Shown here piece after piece: positions 10,090 through 19,162 of a DNA stretch of 64,000 nt (position 1 is the stretch's first letter; the number at the start of each line of letters is the position of its first letter). The notes under the pieces were generated by a model. That model searched no databases. It was not told where the DNA came from and saw nothing but the letters and a program-made list of their open reading frames with translations. This DNA comes from Haliea sp. Its GTDB lineage: Bacteria > Pseudomonadota > Gammaproteobacteria > Pseudomonadales > Halieaceae. Where the stretch lies: the NCBI GenBank assembly GCA_030730585.1, contig JANQUV010000066.1, positions 1,268-65,267 of the forward strand. The letters are read 5' to 3'. The position numbers and the translations under genes are program-made.

Positions 10090-10310
10090 GGATCAAGGAA
10101 CGCAATGCGGGGACAAGCATCATGCAACCTTCAATGAAGCCCTCCGCTCCATCGGTGCTCGTAACAGGCAGGTATCGGGCTCACAGACAGGTCTGTTTAC
10201 CGTTGCGGGGGCAGCGGAGGGATTGGCGCAGGGCCTTACCTCACTTCCCATTTAACCTGCCCAGCCGTGTCAATCGACACCGGCGGCAGGCACCTGGTAC
10301 GCGGCGCACT
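10090..10310 (-). promoter_or_regulatory. Cobalamin (AdoCbl) riboswitch in the btuB leader
   Basis: The reverse complement reads ...CAGGUGCCUGCC...GGCAGGUUAAAUGGGAAGUGAGGUAAGGCC..GCGCCAAUCCCUCCGCUGCCCCCGCAACGGUAAAC...GUGAGCCCGAUACCUGCCUG. This has the conserved core and the B12-box-like element of RF00174. Downstream, CUCUCAAU can pair with the AUUGAGG Shine-Dalgarno region of btuB. Confidence 0.85.
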
Positions 10311-10426
10311 GTAGAGGCCCAGGCTGCAGCTGTCAATTGCCCAGCTTTTGACCACACTCCGCAGGCGTCGTCCTGAGTGGTTGCTTTGTCGTAGAATGCC
10401 TAGCCAAGCGAGTGACGAGGGCAAGC

Positions 10427-10930
10427 ATGACAATTTCAACAGTGCAGAAAGAACAGGTGGCGGCGCGTCTAGGGCGCAAGCCTCGTGGGCTGCGCGCAAT
10501 TGCGGTAGCGGACGAGCGTGGCCAGCCACGCGTCATTCGCGTTGCCTCGCTGGTCAGCGGCAAACCTTTTCCTACACTGTTTTGGCTGTTGGACCCGGCG
10601 CTCAATTACCGCATCGATCAGGACGAGGCGGGGGGGCTTATCGCTCGTTTACAGCAGCGCGTGAATGAGGATACGGCGTTGCAGGCGAGTATGGTGGCGG
10701 ACCACGAGGCGCATATTCGTCTGCGTGATGGGTATTTGTCACCGGCTGAGCGGGAGTCTGTGGGGGAGTTGGGCTACACCAACGTGTTGCAGCAGCGTGG
10801 GATTGGTGGCATTGCAGACTTCCAGCGTATTCGCTGTTTACATACCTGGTACGCCGCACATTTGGTGGTACCCAACACCATTGGGCGCTTGCTGGATGAA
10901 TACTGGGCTGCGTGCGATGTGGAACACTAG
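10427..10930 (+). CDS. DUF501 domain-containing protein
   Basis: GKPFPTLFWLLDP and IRCLHTWYAAHL motifs recall DUF501. ATG at 10427; the listed ORF starts at GTG 10412. Confidence 0.6.
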   Translation: MTISTVQKEQVAARLGRKPRGLRAIAVADERGQPRVIRVASLVSGKPFPTLFWLLDPALNYRIDQDEAGGLIARLQQRVNEDTALQASMVADHEAHIRLRDGYLSPAERESVGELGYTNVLQQRGIGGIADFQRIRCLHTWYAAHLVVPNTIGRLLDEYWAACDVEH

Positions 10931-10944
10931 GGAGAGATTACCCA

Positions 10945-11910
10945 TTGCAGAGTGAAGACCAGCGCGTCCTTGAAGCCACTGTAGACTGGCTGCGCCAGCC
11001 CGCTCTGGGGCCGGTGTGGCTGTGCACCATTGCCTCAGCGCAGGGCTCGTCGCCTCGGCCACCCGGTGCGTTGTTAGTGTGCAATGGTAGTGCCGCGCAA
11101 GTGGGTTCGCTATCTGGCGGTTGTATTGAAGAGGATTTACTCGAGCGCCTGCGCTCGGGTGCTTTGCCTGTCGTCGGCGCCGAACTGGTTGCCTATGGCG
11201 TGACGGCGGAGCAGAACGAGCGCCTTGGCCTACCCTGCGGCGGGCGCCTGCAGGTGCTGGTACAGCGGCTGGAACGGACGCGTGATGAGCCCTGGCTGCT
11301 TGTCGCGCTGGAGGCCATTGCGGCGCGTGAATGTGTGCAGCGCAGGGTGTCAATCCCTGGTGGTGCAACGGAATGCTTGCCTGTTGCCTCGCACGCCGCC
11401 CTGCAACTTTCGCAAGATGAACTGCGGCAAACCTTCGGCCCGCAAATGCGCATGTTGCTGGTAGGCGCGGGCCAGCTGAGCCAGTCTCTGGCGGAGTTGG
11501 CCCTGGCCATGGACTACGATGTCATGGTGGTTGACCCGCGTGAGAACATCCGCAGCCAGTGGCCGGGCCCAGCCGTGCAGCTGTTGGGGGGAATGCCCGA
11601 CGACGCAGTACGCGCCTATGCCAGTGATCGCCACAGTATCGTCATTACATTGACCCATGACCCCCGCATTGACGACATGGCATTGATGGAAGCACTCACC
11701 ACGGACGCCTGGTATGTGGGCGCCCTCGGTTCCCTGAAAACCACCGAAAAGCGCTTGGGCAGGCTGCGACAGTTGGGGGTTAATGAGGCACAACTTGCGG
11801 CCTTACACGCGCCCGTGGGCCTCAATATCGGTAGTAAAACACCGCTTGAAATTGCCCTGTCGATTATGGCGGAGCTGGTGCAACTGCGGCGTTCGGCGTT
11901 GGCGTCATGA
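10945..11910 (+). CDS. XdhC/CoxI-family molybdoenzyme maturation factor
   Basis: N-terminal XdhC_CoxI pattern (LCTIASAQGSSPRPPGALLV...GSLSGGCIEEDL). C-terminal Rossmann part (LLVGAGQLSQSLAELA...VVDPRE...TLTHDPRIDDMAL...YVGALGS). Start uncertain: TTG 10945 with GGGAGAG upstream, or GTG 10912. Confidence 0.8.
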   Translation: MQSEDQRVLEATVDWLRQPALGPVWLCTIASAQGSSPRPPGALLVCNGSAAQVGSLSGGCIEEDLLERLRSGALPVVGAELVAYGVTAEQNERLGLPCGGRLQVLVQRLERTRDEPWLLVALEAIAARECVQRRVSIPGGATECLPVASHAALQLSQDELRQTFGPQMRMLLVGAGQLSQSLAELALAMDYDVMVVDPRENIRSQWPGPAVQLLGGMPDDAVRAYASDRHSIVITLTHDPRIDDMALMEALTTDAWYVGALGSLKTTEKRLGRLRQLGVNEAQLAALHAPVGLNIGSKTPLEIALSIMAELVQLRRSALAS

Positions 11911-12488
11911 CGGTTGGCGTGCTGCTGTTGGCGGCGGGTCAGGGGCGGCGTTTCGGCAGCGATAAACGCCTCGCCTTGTTGCCAACCGGCCGCACGCTCC
12001 TCGCCGCCACCGTCGACAATATTCGTCAGGCAGGCCTGCCATTGCGGGTGTGCCTGCGCCCTGGCGAAGATGCTGTTGCTGCCGAGGCGGGGCTTTCATT
12101 GGTCGATATTATTATCTGTTCGCAGGCACAATTCGGCATGGGGCGAACGTTGGCAGAGGGCGTTTCCCGCATGCCAGAGTGGGAGGGACTCCTGGTTGCG
12201 CTGGCTGACCTGCCAGGCATCAAGCCAGAGACTTTCCTGAAAGTGGCTGCGGGGCTGGAGTCGCATACTATAGTTGTACCCACTTGGCGGGGCACGCCTG
12301 GACATCCTGTAGGATTTGGCAAAGCGTGGCTACCGCAGTTGGCAATGTTGAGCGGGGATAGCGGTGCGAGAGATGTTGTGCGAGGTGCTGGCCTGAAACG
12401 TCATCTGTTGGCGGTCGACGATCCGGGTGTTGTTCAGGATATCGATCTTCCGGCGGACATAGTGGGTCATGTTGTAACGCCCCCCTAG
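11907..12488 (+). CDS. MobA/MocA-like molybdenum-cofactor nucleotidyltransferase
   Basis: N-terminal LLLAAGQGRRFGSDKRL nucleotidyltransferase motif. ATGA overlap with the xdhC-like stop. Confidence 0.75.
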   Translation: MTVGVLLLAAGQGRRFGSDKRLALLPTGRTLLAATVDNIRQAGLPLRVCLRPGEDAVAAEAGLSLVDIIICSQAQFGMGRTLAEGVSRMPEWEGLLVALADLPGIKPETFLKVAAGLESHTIVVPTWRGTPGHPVGFGKAWLPQLAMLSGDSGARDVVRGAGLKRHLLAVDDPGVVQDIDLPADIVGHVVTPP

Positions 12489-12550
12489 GCTGCAACCTCC
12501 CTGCGGCCGGTGGTATCATCTGCGGCTTTGCCATGCCTGTTAGGAATCTT

Positions 12551-13606
12551 ATGACAACGAATACCGACGACCTGCGCATCCGCCGCATTAATGAGCTCGT
12601 TGCACCGCAGCAATTGATCAGCGACGTTGCTGTGACCGATGCCGGTGCGCAGACCGTGGCCGTTGCGCGCCAGAATATTCACAACATTCTGTCAAGGAAA
12701 GACGACCGCCTGTTGGTGGTCGTTGGCCCCTGCTCCATTCACGACCCCGACGCGGCGCGCGATTATGCGCGGCGTTTGAAGAAAGTAGCGGAAGCTTTGC
12801 AAGGTGAGTTGCAAATCGTAATGCGCGTGTATTTCGAGAAACCGCGCACCACGGTGGGTTGGAAAGGGCTGATTAACGATCCCGACCTCAACAATACCTT
12901 CCAGATCAACAAAGGCCTGCGCCTTGCCCGCCAGCTGCTGGTTGACCTCGCGGTGCTGGGTTTGCCTACCGGCACGGAGTATCTGGACCTTATCAGCCCG
13001 CAATATGTCGCCGACCTTGTCGCCTGGGGTGCCGTGGGTGCGCGTACCACCGAAAGCCAAACACACCGTGAGCTGGCGTCCGGGCTGTCCTGCCCGGTCG
13101 GCTTCAAAAATGCCACCGACGGTGATATTCAGGTGGCAATTGATGCTATTAAGTCGGCGTCTCAACCGCACCATTTTCTTTCCGTTACCAAACAAGGCCA
13201 CTCAGCCATCTTCCAAACCGCGGGCAACGAGGACTGTCACATTATTCTTCGTGGAGGCAAGCACCCTAACTACGATATGTTTTCCGTGGACGATGCCACT
13301 GCGATGCTGGAAAAAGCGGGCTTGCCGGCGCGCATAATGGTTGACGCCAGCCATGCCAATAGCCGCAAAATTCCCGAGCGTCAGGTGGATGTGATTCGAG
13401 ATATTGGCGCGCAGGTTGCGCGGGGCAACGATGCCATTTTTGGCCTGATGATCGAGAGTAACCTTGTGGCAGGCCGTCAGAACGTTGTGGCCGGCACGCC
13501 TTTGACCTACGGTCAGAGCATTACCGACCCTTGTATCGATTGGGCGCATACCGATGAGTTGCTCGGCGAACTGGCGGCAGCCGTGCGCACCCGGCGCGGG
13601 GCTTAG
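12551..13606 (+). CDS. 3-deoxy-7-phosphoheptulonate (DAHP) synthase, class I
   Basis: Near-collinear with E. coli AroG as I recall it (DDLRI...LLVVVGPCSIHDP...MRVYFEKPRTTVGWKGLINDP...GARTTESQTHRELASGLSCPVGFKN...). ATG 12551 has AGGA upstream. Confidence 0.93.
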   Translation: MTTNTDDLRIRRINELVAPQQLISDVAVTDAGAQTVAVARQNIHNILSRKDDRLLVVVGPCSIHDPDAARDYARRLKKVAEALQGELQIVMRVYFEKPRTTVGWKGLINDPDLNNTFQINKGLRLARQLLVDLAVLGLPTGTEYLDLISPQYVADLVAWGAVGARTTESQTHRELASGLSCPVGFKNATDGDIQVAIDAIKSASQPHHFLSVTKQGHSAIFQTAGNEDCHIILRGGKHPNYDMFSVDDATAMLEKAGLPARIMVDASHANSRKIPERQVDVIRDIGAQVARGNDAIFGLMIESNLVAGRQNVVAGTPLTYGQSITDPCIDWAHTDELLGELAAAVRTRRGA

Positions 13607-13863
13607 TCACGCGCTCGCTGCAACTTCTCGAGCCAGATGCAGGCGCGCTGCAACGCGTGGTGAATATCGCAACGCTTGAGCGCCTGCTGCGCTTGGCGAA
13701 CACGGCGATGGTGCACCCGCAGGCTGAATGGCTGGTCTTGTTTGTTATACCAGTAGCCAGCAGTCTGCGTCACGGGGATGCCTGCCCGCGCAGGGCTTTG
13801 TAGAGTGGGGCGCTAAAGGTGCTCTGTGCATCATCATAATAATAATACTGGAAAGGATACCCC

Positions 13864-15033
13864 GTGCTGGAACTGGAAGCGCTACGCCAACAGGCTATGT
13901 TGGATACCGGGCTGGAAGATTTTGGTGACCCTGCGTTTTACGAAGCTTTGGAGCGTCTGATTGAGGCCCTGCACAGTGAGGCGCGGCTGAACGAGTTCGG
14001 TCAGATGCGCGCTCAGATGACCATTGCGGATGGTTTAGCCCGCCGCCTGGAGATTGAAGACTATTTTAAACGGCATCCAGAAGTGGGTGAGCAACCGGTG
14101 CAGCGGCCGGTATTTATTCTCGGTTTGCCGCGTACAGGAACCACTGCGCTGCACCACTTGCTGAACCAGGATGCGAACAATCGCACTCTGCGCTTGTGGG
14201 AAGCACAGCAGCCTGTGCCGCCGCCGCAAACGCAAAGCTACAGCAGTGACCCGCGCATCGCGGCGCGCGCCGAAGGCGTAGCGCTGACCGAAACCTTCCT
14301 TCCCGGTTTTCTACAGACCCACCTGATTGATGCCGAAGAACCGGACGAGTGCTACATGCTGCTCAACCGCAACTTCATGTCGGTTGAGTATTCTGCGCTG
14401 TTTCATGTGCCCAGCTACGCCAATTGGCTCTATAGCAACCTGTGCCGCTCCGACAGCTATGACTATCATCGTCGCCAGCTGCAGTTGCTGCAGTCCCAGC
14501 ATCCAGGGCAGTGGGTGCTAAAAGCCCCGTTTCATCAGCTCGGCCTGCGCGAGATTTTGCGTGTCTACCCCGATGCCATTATTGTGCAAACGCACCGCTC
14601 GCCGTTGGCCTTTGTCGCTTCCGGCTGCAGTTTCAGCGAGGTTTTGCGGCGCAGTAGCAGTGATGTCATCGACCGCAGTGAAATTGGCCGTGACTGGATG
14701 ACCATGCTCACCACGTATACGCAGACTTTCGAGGCTGACCGTGCGGCGCTTGAGCCCTCCCACCCGGGGCAGTTTTTGGACCTCTACCACGATGATTTTG
14801 TGGCCGACCCCTGGCGGTCGGTTGAGCAGCTTTACGCCCTGCGCGGCATGACACTGCAGGCAGAGTCGCGCGGGCGTATGCAGGCCTGGCTCGACAACCA
14901 CCCACGCGGTAAACATGGCGTTCATCGCTACCGCCTGGAAGATTACGGCATTACCCGTGGGGAAGTGGAGGCGCTGTTTGCCAGCTATATGCAGCGCTAC
15001 GATGTAACACTGGATGAAGAGGAAACGGTATGA
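13864..15033 (+). CDS. Sulfotransferase-family protein
   Basis: PAPS 5'-phosphosulfate-binding loop LGLPRTGTTALHHLL. Overall resembles bacterial Stf-type sulfotransferases. GTG start. Confidence 0.7.
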   Translation: MLELEALRQQAMLDTGLEDFGDPAFYEALERLIEALHSEARLNEFGQMRAQMTIADGLARRLEIEDYFKRHPEVGEQPVQRPVFILGLPRTGTTALHHLLNQDANNRTLRLWEAQQPVPPPQTQSYSSDPRIAARAEGVALTETFLPGFLQTHLIDAEEPDECYMLLNRNFMSVEYSALFHVPSYANWLYSNLCRSDSYDYHRRQLQLLQSQHPGQWVLKAPFHQLGLREILRVYPDAIIVQTHRSPLAFVASGCSFSEVLRRSSSDVIDRSEIGRDWMTMLTTYTQTFEADRAALEPSHPGQFLDLYHDDFVADPWRSVEQLYALRGMTLQAESRGRMQAWLDNHPRGKHGVHRYRLEDYGITRGEVEALFASYMQRYDVTLDEEETV

Positions 15034-16157
15034 GTGATTCTGCGAGTGCAGAGCAGCGAGTGATGGACGGCTCTGCGTGGAGCGATTTCTGTGATGCCCT
15101 AAAGCAAGCGGGTGAACTGGTGAATGCGCAGAACGCGCCACAGGATGCATTTACCCGCGCCGAGGGTTATCGCTACCTGTCGCGTATGATGCGCGCAGGG
15201 TTGGAGAGTTTTCTGGAAGCGGGCGACCCGCGCTTTCCTGAACTGCGCTGCCCGGCGCACGAAACCATCAAGCTGGGCGCAGACAACCCAGACAACTATT
15301 ATCAGGTTGCCACGATTGACCCGCAGTATGACTATCGTATAACGGGTACCCGGGGCACGGTAAATTACCTCGGGTTTGGCACGGTGATTAACCGCTACAG
15401 CAGCGGCGGTGGTATGAAAACCGATGGCTGGCTGGACTCGCGGGAAATGGATATTGCGCCAGATGGTACGCTCGAGATCATTGTTAGCCAGCGCGAGCAG
15501 CCGGGCAACTGGCTACCTATGGGCCCTGACACTAACGCACTGAACGTGCGCCAGACGTTTCAGGACCGCCGCGGTGAGACTCGTGCAGACATCTCTATCG
15601 AACGCATAGGAGGCGAAGACGAGCGCCCGGAACCGTTGTCGCCGGAGAAGCTGGACCGCGCGTTGCAAGGTGCTGTGCAGTTCGTGCGCAACACGACAGG
15701 CCTGTTTGAGGGCTGGGCGTCGAGCTTCCTGCCCACCGTGAACGAGGTGGCACCGGCTGATCAGGCTTTTTGCCAAGCGATTGGTGGTGACCCCAACATA
15801 TTCTATTTCCACAGTGCCTGGGCGCTGGCAGCGGATGAGGCGCTGCTGATTGAGGCGCCGCAGATTCCAGCCTGCCAGACCTGGAACTTCGTGTTGCAAA
15901 ACTGGTGGATGGAGTCGCTTGATTTTCGCTATCACCAGATTCACTTCAACAAGCACACGGCGACCTATGAAGAGGACGGGGGCGTGGTCGTTGTCGTGGC
16001 GCACCAGAAGCCGCCACAGGCGAACTGGGTGGAAACCGCAGGCCACGACAACGGCACCTTGTGCTGGCGTTGGATCGGCGCCAAGGAGCACCCGTTGGTG
16101 AATGCCAGAGTGGTGAAGTTCAGTGAGCTTGACACACTGCCTGGCCAGCGGGCCTAA
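15030..16157 (+). CDS. DUF1214-like protein, translationally coupled to the sulfotransferase
   Basis: ATGA overlap at 15030-15033. AEGYRYLSRMMRAGLE and the C-terminal WNFVLQNWWMESLDF motifs recall DUF1214 proteins. Confidence 0.5.
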   Translation: MSDSASAEQRVMDGSAWSDFCDALKQAGELVNAQNAPQDAFTRAEGYRYLSRMMRAGLESFLEAGDPRFPELRCPAHETIKLGADNPDNYYQVATIDPQYDYRITGTRGTVNYLGFGTVINRYSSGGGMKTDGWLDSREMDIAPDGTLEIIVSQREQPGNWLPMGPDTNALNVRQTFQDRRGETRADISIERIGGEDERPEPLSPEKLDRALQGAVQFVRNTTGLFEGWASSFLPTVNEVAPADQAFCQAIGGDPNIFYFHSAWALAADEALLIEAPQIPACQTWNFVLQNWWMESLDFRYHQIHFNKHTATYEEDGGVVVVVAHQKPPQANWVETAGHDNGTLCWRWIGAKEHPLVNARVVKFSELDTLPGQRA

Positions 16158-16167
16158 CCGCGTAAGG

Positions 16168-17130
16168 TTAGCTTGCGAGCACGCGGGCACGCGCCGCCGC
16201 ATACTCGCGCTGCAAGCGCGCCACCAGGTCTGCGGCAGGCAAGATATTCTTCACCGCACCAATCCCTTGTCCACAACCCCAAATGTCCTTCCAGGCTTTG
16301 GCGTCGCTGCCGTCGGAGCCGAAGTTCATCGCGGAGGGGTCACTTTGGGGCAGATTGTCGGGGTCCAATCCTGCCGCCTCAATCGAGGGCCGCAGGTAAT
16401 TACCATGAACGCCGGTAAACAAGTTGCTGTAGACGATGTCCGCCGCGCCGTGGTCAACAATAGCCTGCTTGTAGGCGTGTTCTGCATTGGCTTCCACCGT
16501 GGCGATGAACGCCGAGCCGATGTAACCAAGGTCTGCGCCCATGGCCTGTGCGGCCAAGATCGCGTCACCCGTCGCAATGGAACCCGACAGCAGCAGCGGG
16601 CCATCGAACCATTCGCGAATCTCCTGAATCAGCGCGATGGGTGATAGCGGCCCGGCGTGGCCACCCGCACCTGCCGCCACCGCGATCAGGCCATCTGCGC
16701 CTTTTTCGATGGCCTTGTGCGCGAAACGGTTGTTGATGACATCGTGCAATACAATGCCGCCGTAGCTGTGCACCGCCTCGTTGACGAACTCTTTCGCGCC
16801 CAGTGACGTGATCACGATCGGCACTTTGTACTTCACGCACATTTCCAGGTCGTGCTGCAGGCGGTCATTGGAGCCGTGCACAATCTGGTTGACCGCAAAC
16901 GGTGCGGCGGGTGTGTCAGGGTTTTCCGCATCCCAGGCGGCCAGTTCGCGGGTGATTTTTTCCAGCCATACATCCAGCTGCTCCGCGGGCCTTGCGTTCA
17001 GCGCGGGAAAAGAGCCGACAATACCGGCTTTACACTGAGCGATGACAAGATCTGGGTTAGAAACAATAAACATGGGCGCGGCCACTGCGGGTAGGCGCAG
17101 TTTGCCTTGCAGAATCGGGGGTAGTGCCAT
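16168..17130 (-). CDS. Nitronate monooxygenase (NMO / 2-nitropropane dioxygenase family)
   Basis: LRLPAVAAPMFIVSNPDLV...GSFPALN, then GADGLIAVAAGAGGHAG, typical of FMN-dependent NMO. ATG 17130 is preceded by GGAG. The listed ORF starts at TTG 17190. Confidence 0.85.
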   Translation of the reverse strand: MALPPILQGKLRLPAVAAPMFIVSNPDLVIAQCKAGIVGSFPALNARPAEQLDVWLEKITRELAAWDAENPDTPAAPFAVNQIVHGSNDRLQHDLEMCVKYKVPIVITSLGAKEFVNEAVHSYGGIVLHDVINNRFAHKAIEKGADGLIAVAAGAGGHAGPLSPIALIQEIREWFDGPLLLSGSIATGDAILAAQAMGADLGYIGSAFIATVEANAEHAYKQAIVDHGAADIVYSNLFTGVHGNYLRPSIEAAGLDPDNLPQSDPSAMNFGSDGSDAKAWKDIWGCGQGIGAVKNILPAADLVARLQREYAAARARVLAS

Positions 17131-17254
17131 GAGGAACAGCTCCGTAGTTGATATTCGTCGTCGAAATAAGCGGCCGGTGTTTTTACTCAAGCAGCAAAAT
17201 CAAGCAAAACAGGCTGCAAAAAAGGTGGGAAGCACCGTTAGGTCAGAGAGAATC

Positions 17255-17297
17255 GATGCAAGTTATTGCATATTGCGCCAATATGCAACCTTTTGCA
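17255..17297. promoter_or_regulatory. Candidate operator array: two ATGCAA-N4-TTGCA(T/C) palindromes
   Basis: ATGCAAgttaTTGCAT (17255-17270) and ATGCAAccttTTGCAC (17282-17297). The inner half-sites also form a perfect 10-bp inverted repeat, TTGCATATTGcgcCAATATGCAA (17265-17287). It lies in the divergent NMO/PadR intergenic region. Confidence 0.5.
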
Positions 17298-17366
17298 CAG
17301 TGAGCGTTGCCGGAGTAAGCTATACGGCAATGATCGTTAACTGAATCAGGAATCCGCCCCGCTGCT

Positions 17367-17918
17367 ATGGCCTTGCCTCACGCGATAATGACCGCCTTGC
17401 TGGAAGACGATATGTCGGGCTACGAGTTAGCCAAGGCGTTCGATGTTTCGGTGGGCCTGTTCTGGCGCTCCAGCCACCAGCAAATTTATCAGGAGTTGCA
17501 CAAGCTGGCGGATCGCGGCTGGCTGCAGTGCGCTACAGTGGCGCAAGCGGGCAAGCCAGACAAAATACTCTACACCTTAACGGAGGAGGGCCGCGACGCC
17601 ATGGCGGAATGGGTGCTCGGCGAAAGCCGGGTACAGGAGGGTAAAGACGACCTCTACGTGAAGCTCTATAACCTTTCAGAAGACAACGCAAACCACCTCA
17701 CTGCGGAAATCAGCCGCCGCCGCGAACACATGATGCAGCGCCTCTACCTCTACGAAAAAATCCGCCGCCGCCATTACGCCAACCCCGTGTCGCTGCCGGT
17801 GCGGCGCAAAGGCGTGTTTCTCGCCTTGCTGGCAGGTATTCGCCAAGGCGAGCAGTTTCTGGCTTGGTGTGATGAGGCGCTAGCCATGCTGGGTACCATA
17901 GATGAGCCGGTTGAGTAG
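17367..17918 (+). CDS. PadR-family transcriptional regulator
   Basis: N-terminal winged-helix pattern ALLEDDMSGYELAKAF......SSHQQIYQELHKLADRGWL is typical of PadR. Confidence 0.85.
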   Translation: MALPHAIMTALLEDDMSGYELAKAFDVSVGLFWRSSHQQIYQELHKLADRGWLQCATVAQAGKPDKILYTLTEEGRDAMAEWVLGESRVQEGKDDLYVKLYNLSEDNANHLTAEISRRREHMMQRLYLYEKIRRRHYANPVSLPVRRKGVFLALLAGIRQGEQFLAWCDEALAMLGTIDEPVE

Positions 17919-17976
17919 CGCCTGACGCGAGCGGGCGCGACGGAGAAGCGTGGGTCCGTCGCTTTGTACGTTTTCC

Positions 17977-19158
17977 TTATAGAGCGTCTCGGGCCTCTGC
18001 AAACGCCACCAGCGCCTGATCGACATCCTCTGTGCTGAGCGCGGCGGACATCTGGGTGCGGATCCGCGCCTTGCCCTTGGCGACCACTGGAAAGGAAAAC
18101 GCCACCACATAGACTCCGCGGGTCAATGCCGCCTCTGCAAAGCGGGCGGCTTTGCTGGCATCGTGCAGCATCACCGGCACAATGGGGTGCTCTCCCGGCG
18201 GCAGTTCGAAGCCGAGTGACTCCAGGCCGTTGCGAAAACGCAGGGTGTTCTGCGTCAATTGCTGACGCAGAGCCGGCTCAGTTTGCACCAGCTCTAGCGC
18301 TTTGATGGCCCCGGCCACGACCGGCGGGGCAACGGTGTTGGAGAACAGATAGGGGCGCGAGCGCTGCCGTAGCAGATCAACCACTTCCTGGCGCGCGGCG
18401 GTATAGCCGCCGCTGGCGCCGCCCAGGGCTTTGCCGAGTGTGCCGGTGATGATGTCTACCCGGTCCATACAGCCTCTGTATTCGTGCGTGCCTTTGCCGT
18501 TTGCGCCAAGGAAGCCAGTGGCGTGGCAGTCGTCAAAGTGGACCAGGGCACCGTAGCGGTCGGCCAGCACGCAGATTTCATCCAGGCGGGCAATGTAGCC
18601 GTCCATGGAGAATACGCCATCCGTCGTGATCAACTTGAAGCGAGCCCCGGCCGCATCGGCTGCCTGTAGCTGCGCTTCCAGGTCACTCATGTCGTTGTTG
18701 CGGTAGCGGTAGCGCTGTGCCTTGCTCAGCCGAATACCGTCGATGATGCTGGCGTGGTTCAGTTCATCGGAAATCACCGCATCCTCTGCGCCCAGTAGCG
18801 TCTCGAACAGGCCACCGTTGGCATCAAAGCAGGAGGGGTAAAGGATAGTGTCGTCCATGCCCAGAAACCGTGAGAGCTGCTCCTCAAGCTGCTTGTGCAG
18901 GGTCTGCGTACCACAGATAAACCGCACCGACGCCATCCCATAGCCCCAGTCCTGCAGCCCCTGCGCGGCGGCTGCATTCACTGCTGGGTGCTGCGCCAGG
19001 CCAAGGTAGTTGTTGGCGCAGAGGTTCAACACCTCACCCTGCTTCACACCCACATGCGCGCCCTGTGGTGTGGTGATAAGGCGCTCATGCTTGGTCAGCC
19101 CGGTAGCCTCGATGTCGGCCAGCTGTTCGGCCAGATGTTCACGAAATGATGCGTACAC
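17977..19158 (-). CDS. kbl: Glycine C-acetyltransferase (2-amino-3-ketobutyrate CoA ligase)
   Basis: Collinear with E. coli Kbl ([65 protein letters not shown]). GTG 19158 has GGAGG 8 nt upstream, inside the tdh 3' end. Confidence 0.95.
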   Translation of the reverse strand: MYASFREHLAEQLADIEATGLTKHERLITTPQGAHVGVKQGEVLNLCANNYLGLAQHPAVNAAAAQGLQDWGYGMASVRFICGTQTLHKQLEEQLSRFLGMDDTILYPSCFDANGGLFETLLGAEDAVISDELNHASIIDGIRLSKAQRYRYRNNDMSDLEAQLQAADAAGARFKLITTDGVFSMDGYIARLDEICVLADRYGALVHFDDCHATGFLGANGKGTHEYRGCMDRVDIITGTLGKALGGASGGYTAARQEVVDLLRQRSRPYLFSNTVAPPVVAGAIKALELVQTEPALRQQLTQNTLRFRNGLESLGFELPPGEHPIVPVMLHDASKAARFAEAALTRGVYVVAFSFPVVAKGKARIRTQMSAALSTEDVDQALVAFAEARDAL

Positions 19159-19162
19159 GGGT

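Noticed and set aside
10080-10605. Several 90-100-aa ORFs on both strands upstream of btuB.
   Set aside because: The region is explained by the cobalamin riboswitch leader and the DUF501 gene start. The ORF translations are Arg-rich nonsense.
13603-13773. 56-codon minus-strand ORF (VTQTAGYWYNKQDQPFSLRVHHRRVRQAQQALKRCDIHHALQRACIWLEKLQRARD) in the 257-bp spacer after the DAHP synthase gene. An ATAATAATAATA stretch lies nearby.
   Set aside because: The sequence looks protein-like, but it has only a GTG start, no clear RBS, no recognisable family and it overlaps the aroG-like stop. I cannot support it as a gene without homology or expression data.
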